A stretch of DNA of 64,000 bases from Promethearchaeota archaeon (GTDB lineage Archaea > Asgardarchaeota > Lokiarchaeia > Sigyniarchaeales > SOKP01), in assembly GCA_048941265.1 (NCBI GenBank), contig JBHLNT010000007.1:1-64000 (forward strand), given 5' to 3'. Position numbers and translations under genes: made by a program. Under the pieces are notes generated by a model that ran no database searches, was not told where the DNA came from, and was given only the letters and a program-made list of their open reading frames with translations. Positions 42,172 to 51,958 of this stretch are shown here, piece by piece. Position 1 is the first letter of the stretch. Every line of letters starts with the position of its first letter.

Positions 42172-43374
42172 TTGTGTGATACGTTTGTAGCATTATCCAA
42201 TTCAACAAAAGATAACAGTGTTATTTTTGGAAAGAATAGCGACAGACCTCATAATGAAGTACAATTAATAACCTATATTCCAAGGAGGAAATATGCTAAG
42301 AGTGAAGAATTACATTGTACATATATTTCAATTCCACAAGTATATGAAACTTTTGAAATTCTTTTAAGCCAACCTTGGTGGATGTGGGGAGCAGAAATGG
42401 GAGTGAATGAGCATGGTGTTGCCATTGGAAATGAAGCTGTATATTCTCATGAACCTATTAGAAGTATTGGTCTGTTAGGTATGGATATATTAAGGTTAGG
42501 ATTAGAACGAGGAAAAACAGCTAGGAATTCACTTACAATAATGACGGATTTATTAGAAAAATATCACCAAGGAGGAGGATGTGCTTTTAATGATTCCAGT
42601 TGGATTTATCATAATTCATATATCATCGCAGATACGAGTGAAGCTTATGTTTTAGAAACAGCTGATGATTGGTGGATTGCTGAACGAGTAGAAAGTGTAA
42701 GGTCAATATCTAATGAGATCTCTATAAGAGGAAAAGGAGAACTCAGAAGAGAAGGTATAATCCAACATGCCATAGACCAAGGATATTGCAAAGATGACAA
42801 TGATTTTGACTTTGCCCTAACTTTTACAGGTTCTTACCATCCTGAAGAACCTTCTCCTTATTCTAGAGGGGGTAAATCAACAATATTACTAAGAGAAAAC
42901 AAAAAAAAAATTACCCCTAAACTGATGATGGAATTTTTACGAGAGCATGATGCTGGAATTTGTATGCATGGAGGATTTGAGTCTACAAGTTCTCAAGTTT
43001 CTCATTTAAGGAAAGATAAAAATTCAATTCATTGGTTTACAGGCAGTACCCTTCCATGTTTAAGTGTATATAAGCCTTATGTATTTCCTATCGAGGATCA
43101 AAGAGTTCTTGAGCCGGCCCCTTATTCAAAAATAAATCCTGAATGGTTCTGGTGCAAACATACTTCGGCTGTAGCATCATTTAAAGGATGGAGTATAATA
43201 TCCGAAAAGAAAATGTATTTGAAAAATCTAAAAACATTAGAAAATGAAATAATTTGTAAAGTGGATGAGACTATATTAAATGAAAATAATATTTCGGGTG
43301 AAGATTTTAAAAATAAAATTAAGTCGATCAACTTAAACTCATGGGAGAAATCTAAAGAGTTGATTAATTTATAA
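42172..43374 (+). CDS. Secernin/C69 dipeptidase (tandem paralog, TTG start)
   Basis: Same motifs as the upstream copy; starts immediately after its stop codon. Confidence 0.92.
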   Translation: MCDTFVALSNSTKDNSVIFGKNSDRPHNEVQLITYIPRRKYAKSEELHCTYISIPQVYETFEILLSQPWWMWGAEMGVNEHGVAIGNEAVYSHEPIRSIGLLGMDILRLGLERGKTARNSLTIMTDLLEKYHQGGGCAFNDSSWIYHNSYIIADTSEAYVLETADDWWIAERVESVRSISNEISIRGKGELRREGIIQHAIDQGYCKDDNDFDFALTFTGSYHPEEPSPYSRGGKSTILLRENKKKITPKLMMEFLREHDAGICMHGGFESTSSQVSHLRKDKNSIHWFTGSTLPCLSVYKPYVFPIEDQRVLEPAPYSKINPEWFWCKHTSAVASFKGWSIISEKKMYLKNLKTLENEIICKVDETILNENNISGEDFKNKIKSINLNSWEKSKELINL

Positions 43375-43413
43375 TCTAATTAGATATACCGAAACTAACA
43401 AAAATTAACACAT

Positions 43414-44628
43414 TTAATTTTGATCAGAATTATCTTGTGCATCAGTAATATCTAATTCATCTATTTTTTCTAATATCTTGTTGTCAACTTTTCGTACTTT
43501 GCTAACATGTCTAACATGCTCAGTTCTTTCACCAGACTTTCTAGCCAACCATACCTCAATTTTGCCAGCTTTTAACCTTATTTTCTCTTCGTCATATCCT
43601 TGTATTCCGATATATCCAAATATCACAATTAGGATAATAAATATGATTAATACGCTGATATCAGTCACAGTAATTAAAAGCGTCCCTAGTTGAGTATAAT
43701 CCGAAATTCCCAGAGCCTGAACAATACCTAACGTTCCGTATGGAAAGTAGACTGCGAATTCCCAAGCTGCTTTGGAGAAAATTAACCAGAGTATTAACGT
43801 TTCTTGTTTAAAACGTTTGAACCGTTCTGCTAAAAATTCACCTTGTTTCCCTATGATGGAGCTAATTGAGTATAATAAAATAAAAACATCTAAAATTAAT
43901 AATCCAATTATTGTAAAAATTGATGAAGATTCTCCCGTTCCATCAGTAAACCCTAAAAAAACCTTTATTACTAAATAAGCACTGTAGATAGTAATAAGAA
44001 TAAAGTATGTTCCAAGCCATGCGTTAAATTTTTTATTAAAACTCTGCATTAAACCATATATGGCTAGTCCGATTATTACTATGATTATCGCAATATACGC
44101 TATATTTATTATTTCTGGAGCGTTAGTCATTGTCATTGCTTCAAAGGTTCCTAAATATGCTAAATAAATAAAGAATAATGATATGACTAATCCACCCCAA
44201 AATTCTAAACCCCTCCAAAACCATGCTCCATGTTTATAATAAATACGCTCATCAATCTCTTTACTCATTTTAAAACATCCATATAGCAAAAAAAGAGATG
44301 TAAAGAAAATATAAGAAAATATTGATATAATTATAATTGCCACTATTACAACCAACATAATTATCATTAGCAGACAATCAAGAAATAGCAGTAAAATGAT
44401 TTTTGAAGTTGAATATTCTGTTATTTTTTTATTAAATAATGAAAGGAACCAAAAGAAACTCGTGAATCCTAATATCGGAAAATAAATAATAATCCCGATA
44501 AATGCTAAATTCATTAATGTTAGTATTCTTAGCGCTGAATATCCGATTAAAAGATAAATAAGCAGAATTAAATATAATTTATTTTCCTTTTCTCTATATA
44601 ATTTATTTAGGTTATCGATAAATTCCAT
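43414..44628 (-). CDS. Polytopic membrane protein, unknown function
   Basis: About 10 hydrophobic segments and a charged C-terminal tail. Confidence 0.7.
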   Translation of the reverse strand: MEFIDNLNKLYREKENKLYLILLIYLLIGYSALRILTLMNLAFIGIIIYFPILGFTSFFWFLSLFNKKITEYSTSKIILLLFLDCLLMIIMLVVIVAIIIISIFSYIFFTSLFLLYGCFKMSKEIDERIYYKHGAWFWRGLEFWGGLVISLFFIYLAYLGTFEAMTMTNAPEIINIAYIAIIIVIIGLAIYGLMQSFNKKFNAWLGTYFILITIYSAYLVIKVFLGFTDGTGESSSIFTIIGLLILDVFILLYSISSIIGKQGEFLAERFKRFKQETLILWLIFSKAAWEFAVYFPYGTLGIVQALGISDYTQLGTLLITVTDISVLIIFIILIVIFGYIGIQGYDEEKIRLKAGKIEVWLARKSGERTEHVRHVSKVRKVDNKILEKIDELDITDAQDNSDQN

Positions 44629-44761
44629 AGAAAGCTAATCAAAATAACATTATTTAAAATTTATCAAATGAAAAAAATAAAAACTAAGAAGTATTTAAAA
44701 ATTAAAACTATAAATTTGGTATTAAAATTACACAAAAACTTAATAAAAAATCAGAAAATTT

Positions 44762-46051
44762 ATGCCAATTAAATCTTTCAAATTTTTGTTGCCTATTTTA
44801 ATTTTGCTTATATTAGGTAATGGTGTTTCTAATTTTTTATTAGCTCAGAATTTCATATCAGATAAACAAGCCATTGAAACTCGTAATAAAAAGATCCCTC
44901 ATCGATCGGCCACTATTCTTCTTTGGAATTTCACTACCGGAGACGATATTAATTCTGTTTCAATATCCTCAGATGGAAGCTATATTGTAGCTGGAAGTGA
45001 TGATGATAATACTTATCTATTTAATAATACTAGTTCCAGTTCAAAAACTCCAATGTGGAATTCTACTTCAAGTAATGATATTAATTCAGTAGCAATTTCT
45101 TCTGATCTAAATTATATTGTTTCTGGGTCTAATGATAATCATGTATACTTATTTAATAAATCAATTTCTACCCCACGTTGGAATTATTCTATGGGAAACA
45201 ATGTGTTATCTGTTAAAATCTCGAATGATGGAAATTATATAATTTCGGGAAGTAATGATAAAATTTCATTTCTTAAAAACTCATCCTCGACGCCATCGTG
45301 GAACTATAGCACTGGAGCAATTGTGTATTCCGTGGCCATTTCTGACGATGGCAGATATATAACTGCTGGATGCGCTAATGATAAGGTATATCTTTTTTAT
45401 AAAACTTCTAATGATACTTTGTGGGAATTTCAAGCTGATAATGATATTAAAACAGTTGACATCTCAGCCGATGGGTATTATATAGTTGCTGGGAGTGATA
45501 ATAATGAGCTCTATTTGTTTAATAAATTTAGCAAAACTCCTCAATTAAGTTATGAAACTGGAGGAGATGTGAGAGCAATAGCTATTTCTTCTGATGGAAA
45601 CTATATTGTTGCTGGTTCCAGTGATAATAAAACTTATGTTATAGATGTAGTAAAGGAGGAGCTAGTTTGGACTTATGAATGTGGCGATGCAATAAACAGT
45701 GTTGATATATCTTCTAATGGCAAACATATACTCGTAGGTAGTAATGATAATAAGACATATTTATTTGCTATTTCAAGTAACATCCCTTTATGGAGTTATA
45801 AGGCAGAAGGAAGTATTATTACTGTAGCAATCTCTTCTAATGGAAATTATTTAGTAGTAGGTAGCGAAGATAATCAAATCTACATGTTTCATTGGACACC
45901 TACAATCGAAGAGGAAAGTGGCGATCATAAATTAGATATCGATTTTGGTGAGAGTTCTATTCCTTTTGGAAATTATTACATTATATTTATAGTATTAACG
46001 ATGATTTCATTAGTACTGATCTATAAAAGAAAGATTCAAAGATCGAAATAA
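44762..46051 (+). CDS. Secreted WD40 beta-propeller with Loki-CTERM-like anchor
   Basis: Signal peptide; about 8 repeats of SVxISSDGxYIVAGSxDxxxYLF; C-terminal SIPFGNYY-TM-KRK. Confidence 0.88.
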   Translation: MPIKSFKFLLPILILLILGNGVSNFLLAQNFISDKQAIETRNKKIPHRSATILLWNFTTGDDINSVSISSDGSYIVAGSDDDNTYLFNNTSSSSKTPMWNSTSSNDINSVAISSDLNYIVSGSNDNHVYLFNKSISTPRWNYSMGNNVLSVKISNDGNYIISGSNDKISFLKNSSSTPSWNYSTGAIVYSVAISDDGRYITAGCANDKVYLFYKTSNDTLWEFQADNDIKTVDISADGYYIVAGSDNNELYLFNKFSKTPQLSYETGGDVRAIAISSDGNYIVAGSSDNKTYVIDVVKEELVWTYECGDAINSVDISSNGKHILVGSNDNKTYLFAISSNIPLWSYKAEGSIITVAISSNGNYLVVGSEDNQIYMFHWTPTIEEESGDHKLDIDFGESSIPFGNYYIIFIVLTMISLVLIYKRKIQRSK

Positions 46052-46215
46052 ATGAATTAAATTTAAAATTAAAATCAAATTTTTGCTCAGTTTAAATTTT
46101 ACTTAGAAAAAGTGAAAACAAGTAAAATTTCTAAAAATCCAAAATTTTTTATTTTTTTTAATATTTTTTTCATTACTTATATGATATAATAACTTTTTTT
46201 CCTAGATTTTCTCTC

Positions 46216-46509
46216 ATGTCATCTACTAAATTAAATGTCCTTGGAATGGAAGGAGTTATAGCAAATTATCGACGAGGTCGTCACACAGTTCATCTGAAAC
46301 AATGTATTATTGTCTTCCCAAATATAAAAACAAGAAAGGAAGCAAATAAAATGATTGGGAGAACTGTTGTTTGGATAAGCCCTACAGGCAAAGAATTGAA
46401 GGGTATTATTAGCCGTGCTCATGGGAATAACGGTGCTGTACGAGCTATATTCAAAAAAGCTGGTCTTCCAGGACAGGCGCTTGGTACTAAGATAAAAATT
46501 GTAAAATAA
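46216..46509 (+). CDS. rpl35ae: 50S ribosomal protein L35Ae
   Basis: NYRRG, GRTVVW, GIISRAHGNNGAVRA, LPGQALG. Confidence 0.95.
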   Translation: MSSTKLNVLGMEGVIANYRRGRHTVHLKQCIIVFPNIKTRKEANKMIGRTVVWISPTGKELKGIISRAHGNNGAVRAIFKKAGLPGQALGTKIKIVK

Positions 46510-46560
46510 AATTGTTTTTGCTCCTTTTACGCTTTCTATTGGATAAGATTCATCATCCTT

Positions 46561-47070
46561 GTGGCTTGGGAGTACGCGGATATTCCTGCTGTACGACGTT
46601 TTTGGAGACAATATGAAAAACTTTTGTTGATTGGATTTGAAAAAACTAAAGTTTTAATTGAGAAAGGAAAAGGGGCTAGGCTTGTAAAGCCCGATGAGGA
46701 AAGCGCAATTCCAATCATTGAAGGGATAATAACAGACTCAAATCACATAGAACCTTCCGTAAATATTCCTAATGATAATATAATTACTAATTTACCTACG
46801 GATTCAATTATAGAATGCCCTGCAATAATCAATAAGGATGGAATAAAAGGGATAAAGATAGGTGAATATCCAAAAAGTATTGCTGCATTGTTAAATACAC
46901 AAATTTCCATTCAAGAGATTATTGTGGAAGCTATATTTAAAAAATCAAAAGATTTAGCATTGCAAGCGCTTCTAGCCGACCCTGTAGTAGAAACGTATTG
47001 GCAAGCGAAAAATATTTTAGACGAGTTATTAAAGATTGAATCAGAATACATTCAAATTCAACTAGAATAA
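46561..47070 (+). pseudogene. C-terminal fragment of a family 4 glycoside hydrolase (MelA-like)
   Basis: ESAIPIIEGI, VNIPN..IITNLPTDSIIECPA, ALQALLADPVV match the GH4 C-terminus; the NAD-binding N-domain is absent. Confidence 0.75.
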
Positions 47071-47271
47071 AGAATTTATTTAAAATTTATTCTAATATTC
47101 TTGTAATTGATTTGTTATTTCAATTTTAAAATCCTTAAGAAAATATCATAAATCGTGTTATTTAGCATTTTAAATGATAATATTCCAATAACATAGTCAT
47201 TTTTTATCCAATCACTTCTAATATTCTTGTTAAAATTAAATTTAATTCTTCTAATTATTATATAATTAAGG

Positions 47272-49335
47272 TTGAAAATGTCAGGAAAAGACTTGCAATT
47301 ATGTCGTTTTTGTCAAAAGCATGTCAAACTAGCATATTACTGCGAAGAGTGTGGCGTTAGTTGTTGTTCTGATTGTTTACATGACGAATCCGTGGATTAT
47401 TTTATATGTCAAGAATGCAATTCTAAAAATATTGAATTTTTTGATTCCAATGGAAAAAAAGTATGTAAAGATTGCGGTACAGAGAATATAAATAAAGTAA
47501 CCCAACACTTAAAATCCTGTCCAAAATGTCATTCTCATAAAATTTTAAATATATATGAAAAAAAAGAGGAGTTAGAACAGAAATTCTTAGATATAATTAA
47601 AGATACTCGCTCCTTTACTAAGCCCCTACGCGATATAATCAATGAATTATATATTTTAAGGCATAAAATTAAAGTCGCAAGAAGCCCTCCAATAAAGTGT
47701 TTTCATTATCCAAAAATGGAGTCAGAACTTCTAGTTCTTTTTAAACAAATCATCCACATAAAAGATACATTGTTAGAAAAAATAAATACTCACTTTCGCC
47801 ATTTAGCCTTAAATAAAGAGTTCTTTTTTGAAATCTATAATCAACCTAATTCGAATATTAGAATCATAGAAAACATATTAGATAATGTATGCCGGAGTCA
47901 TGAATCAATAAAAAAGTTCATAGAAGATAATAATAAGGAAATTTATGAAAAACTGGATGGGTTTCAAAAAAACCTCAAATTTATAGAAAAGATAAAAAAG
48001 TTATTTCTACCATACAAAAGGTTTCTTAATTTAGCAGAAGATGAAAAACCGGTGTATGCTGTGAAGACAACTCTAATAAATGGAATGAATAATCAGAATA
48101 AGTTCATAAAAAAAAATAAGGGACTTCTGTTTATTACGAATTTTGATTTATCTTTTGTCCATGAATATGGTATGATGAAAAAAAAGCAGGAATTAATTTT
48201 CAAAGCTCCTATAAATGATCTAATAAACATTGCTGATAAAGGAAAACTGTTTAAAAAATTATTTATTCAATTCGATTACGGCAAATATGAATTTTCGCTT
48301 CCCTCAAATATCATTACTAAGGTAATTGATTACATCATTTTAGCTAGATCTTTTCAGGAAAATGATTTATATAATTACGAAATAGCCAATAATCTTCATG
48401 AAATTGACATTGACCTAAACGATTTAATGAGATATATAGAAGAAGGCATAAATTCTTTCTTTACTTTAAAGATTAAATATAATAAAAAATTAAACCGTAA
48501 ACAAAAAAACGAGTTAGAAACTCATAATGAAAACACAATAAATTCCCATTATTACAAGTCTCAATATCCTTTTTATCATAATCAAGATCCTCCACTTGTT
48601 TGGCCCCGAAAACCTTTATATCCTTCTTCCCAGTTTCAAAATCCTGAAAATTATTATTATAACCAGATGAGATCTTCAGTACCATTTGAATTTGAAAAAA
48701 GTAATTTTTATCCCCAAAATAATACCCAACCCCATAGATTCCAAAATTATCATCCTCATAATGAGTTTGATTTTAATCACCACCAACCATATCAAAGACC
48801 TTTTGCTTATGATAATAGATTTGACTTTGATGAAAAAAGTATTCTTATGAAAAAATTGGAAAAAATGCATAAATTTGACCAAGAAGTACCCCCTTCCTAT
48901 CCCAATCAAATGAAATCTGATGCATTTAACCAATTTGGTGCCCGAATCAGTTCAGATCAATCTTATGGCAACGACCCTCGCAGTTCTTACAATAATTATT
49001 CCTTTCAAGATTTTCAAAAAAATCATTTATCTGAATTTTTTGATCCTAACGATCCTTCATTACAAAATCCAAATAATATGAAAAAAGACTTTAATGAAGA
49101 TCAGGATAGCATGATTAAATTAAAACAAGAACAATATAGTCTCAAGAAAACTCTGAAAGAACTAGAGACCAAATTTGAAAGCGGAGTTATTTCTGAGGTC
49201 GATTATTTTCGAACCTTTAAAAAATTGCAGAAAGACCTTTATTCAATCGAAAAAAAAATTGAAAGTTTGCAAGATAAACTAGATGATGAGTTGTTTCGAA
49301 GAAGAAATTATAGTAAACAAAAATATACTTTTTAA
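47272..49335 (+). CDS. Multi-Zn-finger / coiled-coil / PH-GRAM-like / low-complexity / steadiness-box-like protein
   Basis: About six CxxC pairs at the N-terminus; GLLFITNFDLSF...LFIQFDYGKYEF (GRAM/PH-like); N/Q/P/Y-rich tract; C-terminal LETKFESGVISEVDYFRTFKKL. Confidence 0.7.
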   Translation: MKMSGKDLQLCRFCQKHVKLAYYCEECGVSCCSDCLHDESVDYFICQECNSKNIEFFDSNGKKVCKDCGTENINKVTQHLKSCPKCHSHKILNIYEKKEELEQKFLDIIKDTRSFTKPLRDIINELYILRHKIKVARSPPIKCFHYPKMESELLVLFKQIIHIKDTLLEKINTHFRHLALNKEFFFEIYNQPNSNIRIIENILDNVCRSHESIKKFIEDNNKEIYEKLDGFQKNLKFIEKIKKLFLPYKRFLNLAEDEKPVYAVKTTLINGMNNQNKFIKKNKGLLFITNFDLSFVHEYGMMKKKQELIFKAPINDLINIADKGKLFKKLFIQFDYGKYEFSLPSNIITKVIDYIILARSFQENDLYNYEIANNLHEIDIDLNDLMRYIEEGINSFFTLKIKYNKKLNRKQKNELETHNENTINSHYYKSQYPFYHNQDPPLVWPRKPLYPSSQFQNPENYYYNQMRSSVPFEFEKSNFYPQNNTQPHRFQNYHPHNEFDFNHHQPYQRPFAYDNRFDFDEKSILMKKLEKMHKFDQEVPPSYPNQMKSDAFNQFGARISSDQSYGNDPRSSYNNYSFQDFQKNHLSEFFDPNDPSLQNPNNMKKDFNEDQDSMIKLKQEQYSLKKTLKELETKFESGVISEVDYFRTFKKLQKDLYSIEKKIESLQDKLDDELFRRRNYSKQKYTF

Positions 49336-49397
49336 ATTGTGTTATTCTTTTCCAACTTTCAATAATCTTTATAATTTCATCAATATTACTTTAAGAT

Positions 49398-50423
49398 ATG
49401 GAAAAAGAAGGGCTGTTTACGACATGTGTTGGCTCCATGCCTCTCAGTGATACTGAGGAAAATATGAATAGAGCGTTTAAGGAATTGATTGAAATTGGCA
49501 TAGATTTTCCATGCTACCCACAGCTGAAACCTATGAATCCTCAATTTCTCTCTCCGTTATCCAAAGTTATTGAACCATTAGAAGAGACTAAACCTGAAGT
49601 GTTCTACTTAGCAGATGATTTTAAAATTCCTGCTAAACCAGTTGCGTTAGAATATGGTGAATTTATAGTGAAATTTTTGAATGAACACCCCGAGCTTAAA
49701 AGCCGTATTAAAGGTACTAAAGCATGTTTGACGGGGCCTTTTACATTGGCAAGTGAGGTTTTCTTGCGTGAAAAGCTTTCCAAAGGAATAGAATTGAAAA
49801 TATTTAATGAACATCGGGCAATTATGTTAAGTTGGATTGTAGATAAATTTGCTGAGATTATGAAAGAAATTGGCAGAGCTTATAACGATATGGGAATTAA
49901 TATCATCTCGATGGATGAGCCTATATTGGGTTTGTTAGTTGGGAGAAAAATATTCTTTCATACAGAGGATTTTATTATTCAGACCTTAAATAAGGTTTTA
50001 TCAGGAATAAAAGGTATGCCATCTATTCATGTCTGTGGGAGAATAAGCCCCAATTTACGTGATATTCTTTTACAAACCGATGTAAAAATCATGGATCATG
50101 AATTCCGCACGAGTGAAGTAAATTTTAAAATATTTGAAAAAAAACATTTAGAAGAACATGATAAATATTTAGCTATGGGCACTGTTCAAACGAATGTATC
50201 TCCTAAAAAAGATGCTGATATAGATGATTATGTTGAGGACATCGGCTTTTTGAAAAATTTTATTGAGAAAGGGATCGAACTTTATGGAAAAGAGAATTTA
50301 GTCATAAAAAGCGATTGTGGGTTTGGAGCCTTGAAAAAAACTTTTGAAAGCGAAGAATTTGCCTATCAAATAGCTATTAGAAAACTTAAAAATATGGTTT
50401 TAGCAGCAAAAGAACTTAAATAA
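49398..50423 (+). CDS. Core (methylcobalamin-dependent, MetE C-terminal-like) methionine synthase
   Basis: TTCVGSMP, YPQL, LTGPFTLA, MDEP, IHVCG, DCGF zinc-ligand motifs. Confidence 0.8.
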   Translation: MEKEGLFTTCVGSMPLSDTEENMNRAFKELIEIGIDFPCYPQLKPMNPQFLSPLSKVIEPLEETKPEVFYLADDFKIPAKPVALEYGEFIVKFLNEHPELKSRIKGTKACLTGPFTLASEVFLREKLSKGIELKIFNEHRAIMLSWIVDKFAEIMKEIGRAYNDMGINIISMDEPILGLLVGRKIFFHTEDFIIQTLNKVLSGIKGMPSIHVCGRISPNLRDILLQTDVKIMDHEFRTSEVNFKIFEKKHLEEHDKYLAMGTVQTNVSPKKDADIDDYVEDIGFLKNFIEKGIELYGKENLVIKSDCGFGALKKTFESEEFAYQIAIRKLKNMVLAAKELK

Positions 50424-50484
50424 GCTATATACTAAGAAAATTTCTAAAAAATCACTAAAAAGAAGGTAAATTTTTCAAAAAAAA

Positions 50485-51141
50485 TTACTCACTTAATTCC
50501 TTTTTCAATTTTTCTATTTCTTCTTGAAGTTTTGCTTTTGATTTTGTTTCTTCCTCTTCAGATTCAAGTTCTATATCTGAAATATATTCTGGAAATTCCC
50601 CCTCGGGTACAGTTGGCATTGATCCACTTGCATCTAAGAGCATTTCAGTTTCAAGTTGGTCAAGCATATCTGAAACATCGATTCCGAGGTCAATCTCTAG
50701 ATCACCAGCGAGAATATCTCCAGCCTCTTCAATTTCAGAAACATACATTTCAGAATCTTCTGAAATTTCGGCAATCGCCTCAGGCGACGCTTTAGTAGCA
50801 ATAGTTTTTAATTCATCTCGCATTTTTGCCATAAAACTCCCAGATTGTGCAATTGCGGCTCCTTCTTCTAAGGCTTCTATCTGTCTATCGAATTTTGCTC
50901 GAATATTATTCGTTCTATCAACTTTCATTTGATATTGTTTATATTGAACTAAATAACTCTTAGCACGTTCTCTTTCCCCTCTTTGTAAAGCAATCTTAGC
51001 ATTTTTTCTACTTACTTCAGCTCTTTTTTGATAGTTTTTAGAGCGAATTCCTAATTGACGAGTATATCTCTTCACTTGAGTAACTAGCTTATCTTTTTCT
51101 TGAGCTTTCCTAGGAAAGAGTTTCTTACCAATTGGTGCCAT
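50485..51141 (-). CDS. ESCRT-III Snf7 family protein (Vps20/32/60 class)
   Basis: Basic N-terminal helices AKIALQRGERERAKSYL; acidic C-terminal half; DVSDMLDQLE; MIM2-like MPTVPEGEFP; terminal amphipathic helix. Confidence 0.85.
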   Translation of the reverse strand: MAPIGKKLFPRKAQEKDKLVTQVKRYTRQLGIRSKNYQKRAEVSRKNAKIALQRGERERAKSYLVQYKQYQMKVDRTNNIRAKFDRQIEALEEGAAIAQSGSFMAKMRDELKTIATKASPEAIAEISEDSEMYVSEIEEAGDILAGDLEIDLGIDVSDMLDQLETEMLLDASGSMPTVPEGEFPEYISDIELESEEEETKSKAKLQEEIEKLKKELSE

Positions 51142-51387
51142 ATTTTTGATCTCCTCTACTTTCTGGTTTTTAGATTCAAATTTTAAAAACTTTTTTTAAG
51201 TACTTTTTATATTAAATTAAAGCTAATACTAATTTAAAAATTTGTTTCGATATTTTACAATTTGACTAAGGAGACTAAAAAGTTTTTTATAAAAAAAACT
51301 TTCATAGACCAATAACTACGAAATTCAATTGTAATCTCAAGGATTTGTTATTTTTCAGAAATATAAAAGTAGATACGAATTATAATT

Positions 51388-51792
51388 TTATTTTGCATGA
51401 GGAGTCACTCGAAGTAGCTGAGATGTTCCAATACAGATTAATTCTCCCAGTTCATTGTAAATTTTTGATTCACAGAAAGAAATATTTTTCCCACTTCTTA
51501 GGCATTCTGCTTTAGCAGTCAGGGTTCCTTTTGCCACAGGTTTAAGATATGATACTTGAAGGTCTATTGTGGTTACCCATCCCTTAGGGTAAATAAGGGA
51601 AAATGCCGCGCATGCACAGGTAGAATCGATCATTGAAGCAAGAACTCCCCCATGAATCATTCCATTCTGAGTAAACTCTTCTCTTATATCCATTTCAAAA
51701 TGAGCATACCCGTCTTTTATCTCGATGAGCCTGAATCCGAGAGTACGGTAAAACGGAATCCGTTTGATAAGCGAATCTTTGATATCATCCAT
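51388..51792 (-). CDS. PaaI family thioesterase
   Basis: QNGMIHGGVLASMID, TIDLQVSYLKP. Confidence 0.92.
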   Translation of the reverse strand: MDDIKDSLIKRIPFYRTLGFRLIEIKDGYAHFEMDIREEFTQNGMIHGGVLASMIDSTCACAAFSLIYPKGWVTTIDLQVSYLKPVAKGTLTAKAECLRSGKNISFCESKIYNELGELICIGTSQLLRVTPHAK

Positions 51793-51958
51793 TTTAAGAT
51801 CTTTTCTTTATGATTTACAATGAAAAATCTTCAATTTTTTAACAAGTTTTTGATTCAAATATTTTTTAGTTCACTAGTTTCTTGAAAAGAGTATTATATT
51901 TAATATTCTTATAATAAATATAAATTATCAAAGTTAACACTATAGAGCTTGATATGCA

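Noticed and set aside
44940-45890. DNA repeat array / CRISPR
   Set aside because: The periodicity comes from degenerate WD40 coding repeats, not identical repeats with spacers.
46216-47070. Read-through fusion of L35Ae with the GH4 fragment
   Set aside because: L35Ae ends at its normal C-terminus with TAA; sharing a frame is a 1-in-3 coincidence.
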